64,000 nt of DNA from an uncultured Planctomycetota bacterium (GCA_963737655.1 CAVTTN010000002.1:1248001-1312000), one strand, 5' to 3'. Numbered from the stretch's first letter, positions 13,701-28,700 are shown. Translations and numbers: made by a program. The notes: generated by a model from the letters alone, not told the origin.

Positions 13701-16700
13701 CTGGACGGGTCCGGCCACAACCAGAGGCCCAACGTGGTCGGCGTGACCGTCTACGACGGCCCGAACTCGATCGGCCTGGCCGGGACGTCCTACAGCAACA
13801 CGATCGCCGGGAACGTCCAGAGCGGCATCTCCCTGCTCTCCGGCCCGGGCCTGTCGGTGGCGAACGACCTGATCGGGACGACCGGGGCGGGGGACCTCGG
13901 CCTCGGCAACGGCGGGGATGGCGTCTACGTCGCCACCTCCGGCGTCACGATCGGCGGCAGCACGACCCTCGACAGCATGAGCGCCGGCAACGTCATCTCG
14001 GACAATGCCGCCAACGGGATCGAGATCGACGTGGTCGGGGCGGCGGCGACCCTGGTCGAGGGGAACCTGATCGGCCTGGCCTCCGCCGGCAGCACGGGGC
14101 TGGGCAACAGCGCCAACGGCGTCCTGATCTACCGGGGGACCGGCGTGACGATCGGCGGCCTGACGCCCGACCTCCGCAACGTGATCTCCGGCAACGGCGC
14201 CCGGGGCATCCATGTCTACGACCCCTACGACGCCGACGCGAACGCCTTGATCGTCGGCAACTACATCGGGACCGACCGTTCCGGCGCCTCCGGGATCCTC
14301 GACGGCGACTCGGGCGTGTGGATCGACACGGGCGGGACGACCGTCGGCGGGACGGCCTCGGGCGCCGGCAACGTGATCTCGGGCAACAGCGGCGATGGCG
14401 TCTACATCGACGCGTACGGCGTGGCGACGAACTTCGTCCTCGGCAACCTCATCGGGACCGACGCCACCGGCGCCTACGCCGTGGGCAACGCCGACGGGGT
14501 GGTCCTCGACAGCGGGGCGGACGACGTGATCGGCGGGACGGACGCCTCGGCGAGGAACATCATCTCGGGCAACCTCGGCGACGGCGTCCTGATCGAGGGC
14601 TCGGGGGCGTCGAACAACCTCGTGGCGGCGAACTTCATCGGGACCGACCGGAACGGGACCTCGGCCGTGCCCAACGGGGGATGGGGCGTCTTCATCGACG
14701 GGGGCTCCTCCGACACGATCGGCGGGATCGCCTCAGCGGGGCTCGACCCCGCCCACTCGGGCCCCCGCAACGTGATCTCGGGGAACCTCCGGGGCGGCGT
14801 GCTGGTCTCCGGCGATGGGTCCTACAACTCGCTGGTCGAGGGGAACTTCATCGGCGTCGATTCCTCGGGCCTGCTCGCCCTGCCCAACGACGGCTACGGC
14901 GTGTTCGTCGGTGACGCCATGGGCCAGGGCCTGGGCGGCACCACCTACGGCACGGCCCTGGAAGTGACCATCGGCGGGATCGCGGCCGGCTCGGGCAACG
15001 TGATCTCCGGCAACTCAGGGTGGGGCATCGCCCTCCTCGGCGACGGGTTCGCCTCCCAGGACCTGGTCGCCGGCAACCTCGTCGGCGTCGGCTCCGACGG
15101 CCAGACCCCCGTCCCCAACGGCACGAGCAGCCCCGGCGACTACGGCGGGATCGTCGCCTCGGGGAACTCGTTCAACTTGATCTCCGGCAACGTGATCTCC
15201 GGCAACGACGGGCCCGGCATCGAATTCAACAACCAGAGCGGCCTGGGCGAGTCCAACGACCTGATCCGAGGGAACGTCGTCGGGCTGGCCGGCGACGGCC
15301 TCTCCGCCGTGGCCAACACCGGCAACGGCATCCTCCTCGACCAGGTCTCCGGCGACACGATCGGCGGCACGGGCACCGGCGACGGCAACACGATCTCGGG
15401 CAACGGCGACCACGGGATCGAGATCACCGGGGGCCAGTCGCAGGACGACCTGATCCTGGGCAACACGATCGGCCTGGGCTCCGACGGCACCGCCCTGGGC
15501 AACGCCCACGGCGGGGTGTACCTCGGGGGCACCGCCTCGTTCAACACGATCGGCGGGACGGCCACCGGGTCCGCCAACGTGATCTCGGGCAACGGCGTCC
15601 TCAGCGGCTTCAACGGCGTGCTCCTCCTCAACGTCTCGCACAACGTCCTGCTCGGCAACCTGATCGGGACCGACCCGACCGGTACGCACGCGATCTCCAA
15701 CGGCGGGGACACCGTGACCGTCGCCGGGGGATCGGCGAACAACACGATCGGAGGGGACGTCGCCGGGGCCGGCAACACCATCGGCGGCCAGGTCACCCAG
15801 AGCCTCGCCGGCATCTGGGTCGGCGACTCCGGGACGACCGGCAACGTGATCGTCGGCAACCAGATCGGCCTGGTCGATTCCGCGACGCTCCCCGACTTCC
15901 AGTACGGCGTGTTCGTGAACACGGGGGCGACCGGGACGACGATCGGCGGGACCTCGGCCGCCGCCCGCAACGTGATCTCGAACAACGCGAACGCGGGCGT
16001 GGACGTCGAGGAGTCGGACGTGGCCGTCCTGGGCAACTACATCGGGCTCGACGCGACCGGGATGCTCGCCGTGCCCAACGGCTACTTCGGGGTGACCGTC
16101 GAGAACGGCGCCTCGGGGGTGACGATCGGCGGGACCGTCGCCGGCTCGGGCAACGTGATCTCCGGCAACACCAGCGAGAACATCTTCATCACCGGCCTCG
16201 GCACCACGGCCAACGCGGTCCTCGGCAACACGATCGGCCTGAACGTCGCCGGTGCCCCCCTGGGCAATGCGTACAGCGGGGTGTTCCTCGACACCGGGAC
16301 CTCGGGCACGACGATCGGCGGGACCTCGGCCGCCGCCCGCAACGTGATCTCGGGCAACAATAACGGCGTACACGTCTACGGCTCGTCGGACCTGATCCGG
16401 GGGAACTTCATCGGTACCTCGGCCGACGGCACCTCGGCCCCGGGCGGGCAGGACGACGGCATCGACCTCTTCGGCGCCGACAACACCGTGGGCGGGACCG
16501 TCTCCGGCGCCGGCAACGTGATCTCGGGGAACCTCACCGACGGCATCCAGATCGACAACCCGGCGATGGGCAACGTGATCGTGGGGAACCTGATCGGCCT
16601 GACGGCCGACGGCTCCGCCGCCCTGCCCAATAGCGTGGGCGTCTACTACCAGGACGCGGGCGGGAATAACGTCGTCGGGGGCACCGACCCGGCCTCGGCC

Positions 16701-19700
16701 AACACGATCTCGGGCAACGCCGCGGCCGGGGTCCAGTTCTATTCGCAGGTCAACGGCGGGTCGGCCCTCTGGCTCCAGGCCGAGGGCAATGGGAACGACA
16801 CCTATTTCGGCCACGACGCCACGGTCCTCGGCTCCGTCGGGTACGCCCCGAGCTACTCGGCCGACGCCGGCCAGGCGTTCTCGTTCGACGGCTCGGGCGA
16901 CGGGGCCGTCGAGGTCCCGTCGTTCCCGAACATCGGCACCGCGTTCTACGGCCAGTTCACCGTGGAGGCGTGGGTCCAGGTCAACGCCTCGGGCCAGGAC
17001 GCCACCATCCTCTCCAACGAAACGTACCCCGGGCCGAACGGCTTCGGCTACGCCCTCCGCCAGGACGCCGCCGACCACTTCGTCTTCGGCGTGGGGAACC
17101 TCGGGAGCGACCAGACGGTCGAGTCGAGCACCACGCTCGTCCCCGGGCAGTGGTACCACATCGTCGCGGTCGATACCTACTCCTATCTCAACCTGTACGT
17201 GGACGGCCAGGAGGACTCGGCGGCCCCGGCCTTCGGCATCGCCCCGAACACCACGAACCCGCTACGGATCGGCCTGGAGACCGACGGGACCGACCCCTTC
17301 AACGGCCAGATCGACGACGTGGCCGTGTACGACTACGCCCTCGTGACATCTGGGGTGGCGACCCTGGACGGCCCCCACGCGATCGACGTCCGCGGCGTGA
17401 ACCGGGTCCAGGGGAACCTGGTCGGCCCCGGGGCCCCGGCCGGCGCCCAGCCGATCGGCATCCAGGTCGGCAACTCGACGGACGTCCTCGTGGGCGGGAC
17501 GGCCCCCGGCGCCGGCAACGTGGTCGCGGGGAACGTCGATGGCATCGACGCCGACCAGATCGGCAGCAACGGCAACGTCGCGATCTTCGGCAACCTCGTC
17601 GGCCTCCTGGCCGACGGCGCGACCGTCCTGGGCAACACCGAGGCCGGCGTGAAGCTCGACGGCGCCGCCGACGTCCAGGTCGGCGGGACGGCCGCCGGCT
17701 CGGGCAACACGATCACAGGCAACGCCGCGGGCGTCCTGATCGTCGGGGGCGCGAGCAGCAACCTCGTCCGGGGCAACACGATCGGCCTGGACCTCGCCGG
17801 CAACGCGATCGGCAACACGGTCGCCGGGGTGGAGATCACCTCGGGCGATCAGAACACGATCGGAGGGACGGCCCCGGGCTCGGCCAACGTGATCGCCGGG
17901 TACGGCTCGGCGACTGCCGACGGCGTCCTGATCGACGGCCAGAACGCGGGCCAGAACCTCGTGGCCGGGAACTTCGTCGGCACCGACGCCTCGGGCGACG
18001 GCAACCTGGGCCTGGGCGGCGACGGCATCCACGTCGCCGGGGGGGCCTCGGACAACTCGATCTCGGGCAACGTCGTCGGGTCCAACGGGAACTATGGCAT
18101 CCGGGTCTCGGGGATCAATGTCTCCGTCAACCAGGGGATGCAGCAGTTCAACGACGGCGACGTCACCGACGACGCCACCTTCCTCGCCGACCACGCCAAC
18201 GACCGACAGCCCTTCAATTCCCTGGTCGATCCCTTCGGCGGGTCGATCGACCTGGACTTCGGGACCATCCCGTCGGACTTCGGCTTCGGCTACGTGAACT
18301 TCGGGCTGTACGACCTCCAGGAGGGGACCGCCGGCCGGGGGATCTCCGAGGTCGACCTCGACGGCGTCCCGCAGTCCTTCGGCACCGCCGGCCCCGGCTT
18401 CGCGGGCGAGGTCCAGACGGGCTTCTTCGTCTATCTCGACCCGGCGGTCGTCGCCCAGAACCACGGCCTGGCCCTGATCCACATCGTGTTCCAGGCCGAT
18501 GCCCCGGGCGACGCGGGGGTGGGGATCGACTACGCCTATTTCCACGTCGAGGCGGTCTCCCGGGGCACGCTGATCGCCGGCAATGACGTGGGGATCGGGC
18601 CCGGGGGCCAGGACCTGGGCAACAGCTTGGGCGGGATCGACCTGGACGGCTCCGGCCAGGCCACGATCGGCGGGAGCTCGCTCGACGGCACGGGCAACGT
18701 CGTGGCGTTCAACGGGGGGGACGGCATCGACGTCGTCAACTCGTCCTTCGGCGGCATCCTGATCGCCGGCAACGACGTCGGCACCGACCCGTCGATCACG
18801 GCCGTGGAGGGCAACAGCGGGGACGGCATCCTGGTCTCCAACTCCTATCAGGTCACCATCGGCGGCACGAACGCGGGCCAGGGCAACGTCATCGCGGCCA
18901 ACGGCGCGGACGGCATCGACCTCGAAGTCAACGCCAGCGATAACCTGATCGTCGGCAATACGATCGGGGCGCCCGGCGGCCTGGGGAACTTCGGCGACGG
19001 CGTGGAGATCGCCGGCGGCGCGAGCGGCAACACCGTCGGCGGCTCCCAGGCCATCGGCGACCCGAACCCGGGGTCGAGGAACGTCATCGGAGGCAACTTC
19101 GGCGCCGGGGTGAACATCCACGGCGACGGTGTCTTCCTCAGCGGCAACCTGGTCGTCGGCAACTACATCGGCACCACCGCCGACGGCCTCTCGGCCGACC
19201 CGAATCAAGGCTCGGGCGTCTCCCTCGGCGACGGCGGCTTCGCGACCTACGAGAACACGATCGGGGGCGCCGGGGCCGGCAACCTGATCTCGGGGAACTC
19301 CGGAGACGGCGTGTACCTGAACGCCGCCGAGTTCACGACGATCCAGGGCAACTGGATCGGCCTGGACGCCACCGGGGCCGCGGCCCTGGGCAACGGCGGA
19401 TTCGGCGTGGACCTCCAGAATTCCCAGGCCGCCCAGGTCGGCGGGTCGCGGGCCTCGGGCCAGGGCAACGTGATCTCGGGCCAGGCGTCGGGCCCCGGCA
19501 TCTACGTCTTCGGCGCCTATGGCCAGGGCGACGGCCCGGAGATCCAGGGGAACCTGATCGGCACCGACTCCGCCGGCCTGGCCGCCCTCCCGAACGCCTC
19601 CGGGGTGGAGATCCAGGCCGACCACGTGTCGATCGGCGGCGGCTCTCGCGACCTCGGGAACCTGATCTCGGGCAACACCGGCGACGGCATCGATTTGGAC

Positions 19701-22700
19701 GGCAACTCCGACTGGATCGCCGGCAACAACATCGGCACATTCGCTGACGGGACCGGCTCCCTGCCCAACCAGTACGGGATCTACGAGACGGGCCTGGGCA
19801 CCGGCAGCACCATCGGCGGGGTGGCGGCCCCGGGCCTGGACGACGCCTCCTCCGGCCCTCGCAACGTGATCTCCGGCAACCTCGCCGCGGGGATCGTCCT
19901 GGAGGTCGGCACCCTGGTCGAGGGGAACTACGTCGGCCTGGCCTCCGACGGCATCACCGCCGACCCCAACGCCCTCCAAACCTTCGAGGGCGGGATCCTC
20001 ATCAAGGACTCCCTGGCCGGCGGCAACACGATCGGCGGCGGGTCGATCGACACGGCCAACGCCATCTCCGGCAACGACGGCCCGGGGATCTCCCTGATCG
20101 GCCCGGGGGCGTCCCCCAACGTGATCCAGGGCAACATCATCGGCCTGAACGCCACCGGCCTGGGCCTCATCCCGGGGACCGTCGCCTGGTTCCGGGCCGA
20201 GGGGGACGCCACCGACGTCGTCACCGGCCAGGCCGGGACGATCGGCCAGGGCACGACCTTCGCCAACGGCGAGGTCGGCCAGGCGTTCCAGTTCGACGGC
20301 TCCCCCGACGCGGGGATCACCTTCCCCGACTCCCCCGACCTCCAGCTCACCGAGCTGACGATCGAGGGCTGGATCGAGCTGAACTCGGCCCCCACCACCG
20401 CCGCCGACTACCTGATCGTCACCAAGGGGCTGACCTTCGGCGAGGGCGAGAACTACGGCCTGTACGTCCACAACACCGGCTCGTCCCTGGAACTCCTCCT
20501 GGAGTGGACCAACGGGGCGACCTACCAGGCCGTCTCCTCCGGGGCCGGCCTGACCCTCAACTCCCTCGAACACGTCGCGGTGACCGTCGACGGCTCCACG
20601 ATCAATTTCTACGTCAACGGCGCGCTCGTCTCGTCCTCCTCGCAGTCGGCCGCGCTGCTGCCGACCCCGGGCGTCCTGGAGATCGGGGCCACGCACTCCG
20701 GGTACGCGAACTACTTCGACGGCCTGATCGACGAGCTGGCCCTGTACAACCGCCCGCTGTCCGACGCCGAGATCGATTCGATCTACCTCGACGGCTCGGT
20801 CGGCAAGCCCGTCGCCCCGACCGCCTCGGCCCCCAACACGGGCGACGGGATCATCGTCCAGGGCTGGTCGGGCAACACCGTCGGAGGCGACACGGCCGGG
20901 GCCGGCAACACGGTCTCGGGCAACGCCCAGAACGGCGTGGTCTTCTTCAACGCCTCGGGCTCGGTCGTCCAGGGCAACCGGATCGGCCTGGACGGCTCGG
21001 GCCAGGCGGCCTCCGGCAACACCTTCGCCGGCATCTACCTCGGGACCAGCTCGGGCAACACCATCGGCGGGACCGCCGCCGGGGCCCGCAACATCGTCTC
21101 GGCCAACGGCACCTGGGGGATCGTCCTCGACTACGCCTCCGGCTCGAACCTCGTGGCCGGCAACTGGGCCGGGACCGACTCCACGGGGGCGGCGGCCCTC
21201 GGGAACGTCCAGAGCGGGATCGCCCTGCTCAACGGGTCGTCGAGCAACACGATCTCCGGCAACGTCTCCTCGGGCAACGGCCAGGACGGGATCAGCCTGT
21301 TCGGGGCATCGGCCTCGAACCACGACGTCGCCTCGAACCTGATCGTCGGCAACGTCGTCGGCCTGAACGCCACCGGCACCGCCGCCCTGCCCAACGTCGA
21401 TCAGGGCCTCTACGTCAGCTATTCCGACGCCACCACGATCGGCGGGGCGAACGTCGGCGACGGCAACACGATCTCGGGCAACGCCGGCGACGGCCTGATC
21501 CTCTTCGGCGACTCGGCGACCCTGGTCCAGGGGAACTGGATCGGCCTGGACCATTCCGGCTCGGCCGCGATCGGCAACGCCTTCGTCGGGATCAGCGTGA
21601 CCGAAGGCTCGACGAACACGACGATCTCCGGCAACGTCATCTCGGGCAACGGCACCGACGGGATCGGCCTGGCCGGGGCCTCCGCCGCGGACCGCGACAT
21701 CCTGGGCACCCTGATCGTGGCGAACGTCCTGGGCCTCTCGGCCGACGGCGAGGTCGCCCTGGGCAACGGGTACAGCGGGGTCTGGGCCTCCGACTCCGAG
21801 GGCACGACCATCGGCGGGACCGCCGGGCTGGGCAACACGGTCTCGGGCAACGGGATCTACGGGATCGGCCTCGACGGCTCCGGCACGACGCTCGTCCAGG
21901 GCAACTGGGTCGGGCTGGACGGCTCCGGGACGACCGGCCTGGGCAACAACATCGCCGGGATCGTCGTCCTGGACGGGGCGACCGGCACCACGATCACCGG
22001 CAACGTCGCCTCCGGCAGCCACAACCTCTCCGGGATCGATATCGACAGCTCCCCCGGGACCCTGGTCCTCGGCAACCGGGCCGGGACCACGGCCTCGGGC
22101 GATTCCGCCGTCCCGAACGCAGGGTCCGGCATCAGCGTCGCGAACTCCGACGGCGTGACCATCTGCGGCAACCTGGCCTCGGGCAATGCCTTCGCCGGGA
22201 TCGACCTGAATGACGCGAACGGGGCGATCGTCGCCGGGAACCTCATCGGGACCAACGTCGGCGGTACGTTCGCCGTGCCCAACGCCTACGATGGCATCTA
22301 CCTCGAGAACAACTCGGCGAACACGACGATCGGCGGGCCGACGGCGGCGGACCGCAACGTCATCTCCGGCAACGGCCGGGACGGCGTCCGCCTGGTGGGC
22401 GTGGGAATCACCGACACCCTGGTGCTCAACGACGCCATCGGCACGGCGGCGGATGGATTCTATGCCGTGGCCAACGGCGGGGACGGCATCGACATCCTGT
22501 ACGGGGCGGCCCTCAACACCATCACCGGAGTGACGGCCTCGGGCAACGGCAACGACGGCGTCGAGATCGACGCCAGCGGCTCCAACGTCGTCCAGGGGAG
22601 CTTCCTCGGCACCGACCCGACCGGCACCTACGCCATCCCCAACGGCGCCGGGGTGAACATCCACGACGGGGCCACGAACAACCTCGTCGGCGCCGACGGC

Positions 22701-25700
22701 TCAGGCGCCGCCGACCTCGCGGCCCGAAACGTCATCGCGGGCAACGCCGGCGATGGCGTTCAGATCACGGGCGCGGGAAGTACCGGCAACGTGGTCGCGG
22801 GCAACGACATCGGCGTCGTTACGCAAGTCCGCTATGGGGCCGCGCTCTCGACACCAGCTTCAACGGCACCGGCTACGTCGTCGCCGACATCACGCATCCG
22901 TACGACAACTATGCCACGTCCGTAGTGCCACTGGCCGACGGGTCGGTGATCGTCGTGGGTTACAGTCCCTACGGGTCCGGCGACTTCGAGATGGTGAAGT
23001 ACAAAGCCGACGGCTCGCTCGATGCCAGCTTCGGCGTCAACGGCTACGTTGAGACGGACTTCGGGCCGGCCGTTGGCGGGGGCCAGACCGGCGACATCGC
23101 TCACTCGGCTCTCTTGCAGCCCAACGGCGAGATCGTGCTGGTTGGTACCGCGGCGTACGGGATCAATAGCATCCCTCACATGACGCTCGCCCGCTACGAC
23201 ACGACCACCGGGGCGCTGGATGCCGGCTTCGGCACGGGCGGGCGGGTCGTCATCCCGAACCTCGTCCCTCCCGGCGGCACCTACGGCGGCGAGCAAGCCT
23301 TTGCCGACTTCCTTCAGCCGGACGGCAAGATCGTCGTGGCCGGCATTGGGGACACCGGAAAATTCGCCCTCGTGCGCGTCAATGCCGACGGCAGCATCGA
23401 CACCAGCTTCGGCCCCAACGGCACGGGCTGGGTCACGACGCAGGTAAGCAACAGCTGGGCCGTGGTCGAAGCCCTCGGCATGCAGTCGAACGGCGACCTG
23501 GTCGCGGTCGGCTACGCCAACGGCGCGGGTGCCGGCTCGATCGCCCTGGCCCGCTACACCGCCGACGGCCTCCTCGACACGACGTTTGGACAGTCCGGTA
23601 TCGTGATTACCGACCTCGGCGGCGGCGTGCGTAGCGTGGGCACCGGAATCGCGATCCAACCCGACGATTCGATTGTGCTGAGTGCTTATGCCAACAACAG
23701 CCCGACCGACAGCGGCATCGTGGCGCGCTACACGGCTAACGGCACCCTCGACGATACCTTCGGCACGAACGGCATCGTCACCCTGGCGGGAAGCGATGCG
23801 ATTCGGGTCGCCCTGACACCGGGCGGCAAGTTGCTGATCGGCCAAGACATCAACGAATCCGCGATCGTCTATCACTTCGGGCTGACGCAACTCAACGGCG
23901 ACGGCAGCGTCGATTCCTCCTTCGGCACCAACGGCCAGGTGGAACTGAACTTCGGGGGCGGGCAAGAACAACTGTTCGACATGACCGTGTTGCCCGACGG
24001 CCAGGTTTACCTTGTGGGTGAAACGAACGCGACGGGCAACGAAGCGTTCGTGACCGCCCGCGTCGGCTCCAGCGTCACGACCGCCGTGGGCAATGCCAAC
24101 GGCGTGGTGATCGAAAGCGGGGCAAGCGGCAACACCATCGGCGGGACGGTCGCCGGGGCCGGCAACCTGATCTCGGGCAATCTCGCCGACGGGGTGGAGA
24201 TCGCCTCCGGGGCGGGCGACGGCAACCTGATCGCCGGGAACATCGTCGGCCTGAACGCCACCTCCGACGCCGCGATCGAGAACCATTACGACGGCATCGC
24301 CGTCGGCAGCAACAACAACACGATCGGCGGCACCGTCCTCGCCGCCCGGAACGTGGTCGCCGGCAACGCCCTCCACTGGGGCGTCTACGTCGGCGGCGGC
24401 TCCGGCAACGTGATCGTCGGCAATTACGTCGGCCTGACCCCGGCGGGCCTGGCCTTCGGCAACGTCGATGGCATCTACCTCCAGGGGCTCGACCAATACG
24501 ACCATCGGCGGCACCGACCCGAGCCAGAGGAACTTCATCGGCCGCAACGGCGACGGGATCGTCCTGGACCACGCGACCGGCAACCGGGTCCTCGGCAATT
24601 TCCTCGGCACGAACCTGGCCGGCACCGGCAGCGGCATCGTCTACCGCAACGGCAACAACGGCATCAACATCTTCGGAGGCGGCGGCAATACCATCGGCGG
24701 CACCGCCTCCGGCTCGGGCAACCTGATCTCGGGCAACGTCGAGGCGGGCGTCCTGATCGCGGTCTCATCTTCGGGCAACATCGTCCTCGGGAACCTCATC
24801 GGCACCGACACGCTCGGCGGGACCGCGCTGCCCAACGGGACGGGCGTCGAGATCGACGACTCCTCGAACAACACCATCGGCGGGACGATCTCCGGGTCGA
24901 TGAACCTGATCTCCGGCAACGCCGGGCCGGGCATCCTCCTGAAGAAGACCACCGCCAACTCCGCCGACCTGATCGTCGGCAACCGGATCGGGACGAACCT
25001 GGCGGGGACCTCGGCCGTGCCCAACGGAGGGGCGGGCATCCAGACGTCGCAATCCGGCGGCGCCACGATCGGCGGGATCGCCGCCGGCGCCGGCAACCTG
25101 ATCTCCGGCAACGTCGGCGACGGGCTCTATTTCGACTTCGCAGCCCCGGCCACCGGCAACCTCGCCCAGGGCAACACGATCGGCCTGAACGTCTCCGGGG
25201 CCGCGCTGGCAAATCACGGCGACGGCATCGACGTCAGCGGCTTCAACAACAACACGATCGGCGGGACGGTCGCCGGCTCGGGCAACATCATCTCGGGCAA
25301 CCTCGGATTGCAAATCCTCCTGGCCTCGACCGGGAACATCGTCCAGGGCAACGTGATCGACCTGAACCCGGGCGGAACGGCGGCCCTTTCGCTGACCGGG
25401 ATCAAGATCACCGGGTCGAAGAACACCGTGGGCGGGTCGGGGGCCGGCTCGGGCAACCTGATCGGCGGAGGGGTGGACGTCTCCGGGGGCTCGGCCACGC
25501 TGAACGTCGTGGCCGGCAACTCGATCGGGATGAACGCGGCGGGGACCGTGGCCCTGGGAGGCCCCGACGGGATCGTCGTCGAGAACGGGGCCAGCGGCAA
25601 CACCATCGGCGGGATCGCGGGCAACATCGTGGTCGTCACCGGGGGCGGCGGACTGGTCGGCGGGATCGTCCTGACCGACTCGGCGACCACCGGCAACGTC

Positions 25701-28700
25701 GTCGCCGGCAACCTCGTGGGCCTCACGCCCGACGGCAAGCACCTGCTCGGCACGCCTCGCAACGGCATCCTCATCGCTTCCGCCCAGAACAACACGATCG
25801 GCGGGACCACCGCGGCGGCCCGCAACCTGGTGGACGGGGCCCAGTATGGGATCGACGTCTTCGGGTCGGCCTCCGCGAACGTGGTCGAGGGGAACTACGT
25901 CGGCACGGACATCTCGGGGACGATCAGCCTGGGCAACGCTTACGGGATCACCGTCGCGGGGTCGAACAACACCATCGGCGGGACCGTCGCCGGCTCCGCC
26001 AACGTGATCTCGGGCAACTCGCTCTCGGGGACGAGCGACCAGGGTTACGGCCTCGCGGTCGGCGGATCGAACACCCTGGTCGTCGGCAACTTCATCGGCG
26101 TGGGGGCCGACGGCCACACGGCCGTTCCCAACCCGGTGGCCGGGGTGGTCGTCTCGGGATATTCCGCGACGATCGGCGGGACCTCGGCCGGGGCCCGCAA
26201 CGTGATCTCGGGCAACACCAACGAGGGCGTGTACGTCGCCTCGGGCTCCGCCGGCACCAGTATCCTCGGCAACTTCATCGGGGTCGATTCCTCCGGGACC
26301 GCCGCCGCTCCGAACCACATCGGCGTGCTCGTCCGCGACGCCTCCAACGCGACGATCGGCGGGACGGCCGTCGGCGCCGGCAACGTGATCTCGGGGAACT
26401 CCACGGGCGTCGAGATCGACGGCTCATCCTCGTCCGTCGCCGTCCTCGGCAACCTGATCGGCACCGACATGACGGGCCAGGCCCGGCCCTCGGGGGCCGT
26501 CCAGTCCCTCGGCGTGTTCGTCGGCCCGGCATACTACGGCGGGACGCCCTCGAACAACTCGATCGGCGCCTCGGCGTCCGGCTCGCGGAACGTGATCGCC
26601 GGGAATTCGGGCGATGGCGTCCTGCTCGCCTCCGGGTCGATTGGTACGACCCTCGCCGGCAATTACATCGGCACCGACATCACCGGCGGGACGCCCCTGG
26701 GCAACTCGATCGGCGTGAGCGTGGCGTCGGGTTCGAACGTGATCGGCGGGTCCGTGTTCGGCTCTCGCAACGTGATCTCGGGCAACTCGGCCACCGGCAT
26801 CGCCCTGGGCGGGGCCTCGGCGGCGTCCAACGTGATCCTGGGCAACTACATCGGGCTGGATGCCTCGGGCACCCAGCCCCTGGGCAACTCGGTCGGCGTG
26901 GCGGTGGGGGATTCGGCGAATTCCTTGACCGCGTCGAACAACACCGTCGGCGGAACCGCCTTCGCCGCTCGCAATATCATCTCGGGCAACGCGTCCGACG
27001 GCGTGGACCTCTTCGGCAGCGGCAACGTCGTCGAGGGCAACTATATCGGCACCGACGCCTCCGGCTCCAGCGCCCGGGGGAACGCCGGGGCGGGTGTTCA
27101 TCTGTTTTCGTCGGCCTCCGCTATCAGCACCGGCAACACCATCGGCGGCGGCGCGAAGAACGTGATCTCGGCGAACTCGGGGGATGGGATCCAGCTCTCC
27201 GGCGGGTCGGGGACCGTGGTCCAGACGAACTTCATCGGCACCGACGTCATCGGGACGACCCCCCTGGGCAATCTCGGCAGCGGCGTGAAGGCCGTGGGCG
27301 TCGACCCGACGACCTCGATCGGCTCGACCGTCTCCGGGGGCCCGAACCTGATCGCCTACAACGGCTCGACGGCCTCGGGCGTGACGGCGGGCGTCCTGAC
27401 CACCGGCGGCTCGGGGATCGTGATCCGGGACAACTCGTTCCACGACAACGTGGGGCTCGGGATCGACCTGGGAGGCGACGGCGTGACCCCCAGCGGCCTG
27501 ACGATCTCGTCGGCCAGTTCCTCGGGCGGTTCGAGCACCATCGGCGGGACGCTCTCGGGCGGGGCGCCCAACACGCTCTACGCGATCGACATCTACACGA
27601 TGACCGGCACCGATCCCTCGGGCTATGGCGAGGGCACGGGGTTCCTCGGCACGAAGGTCGTGACGACCAACGGCAGCGGCTCCGTGACGTTCTCGGCCGT
27701 GCTGCCGGTCCCTCTGCCGAGTCATGCGGTGATCACGGCGGAGGCGACGAACCTGAACGGCGGCGGCTCGACCGAGTTCGCCCACAACCTCGGCGGAGAC
27801 CGCCCGCCGGTGGCCGTCGCCGGCTCGTCGTTCTCGGTCCAGGCGGGGACGACCGTCACGCTCGACGGGACCGGGTCGAGCGACCCGGACAACGACCCCC
27901 TGACGTATTCCTGGAACTTCGGCGACGGCTCGACGGCCACCGGCTCGAAGCCGACCCACGCCTTCACGACGCCCGGGACGTTCAAGGTCACCCTGACGGT
28001 CAACGACGGCTTCGGGCTGACCTCCTCGGCCACGCTCTCGGCGACCGTGACCAACGCGGCGCCCACGTTTGCCAGCAACGGCTACTCGGCGTCTCAGACG
28101 ATCTCCTCGGGGACGTCGTCGGGACGGTTCGGCACGTCGGTGGCGACGTTCACCAGCGGCGATTATGCCGTGGGCGCCCCGGGCGACGGCACGGTCACCC
28201 TCTATTACACGGATGCCAAGGGCAACGCGCAGGTCCTGACGCTGTCCGACCCGGACGGCCAGCCCTCGACCGACGGGTTCGGCCAGGCGATCGCCGCCCT
28301 GGATAGCTCCTTGCTGATCGTCGGTGCGCCGACCGACGCGACCTCGGGGGCCGGCAACGGGGCGGCGTTCCTGTTCGACGCCAACTCGGAGAGCCCGACG
28401 TTCGGCCAGCTCCTCGGGACGTTCCGGCCGTCGGTGGCCTCGGGCGAAACGAACATCGCCTTCGGGGCGGCGGTGGCGTCGTTCGGGACCGAGGTAGTCG
28501 TCGGCGCCCCGGGCAAGACCGGCGGCGCCGGGGCGGCGTATGTGTTCAACGCCGACCCGACCTCCGCCTCGTTCGGCACGATGGCCCTCCCGGCGATCCT
28601 CGACCCGACGGCCAACCCCGGCGACGGCTTCGGCACGGCGGTCGTGGGGATCGGCACCGACCTGGCCATCTCGGCGCCCAACGCCAGCGGGCTCGTCAAC

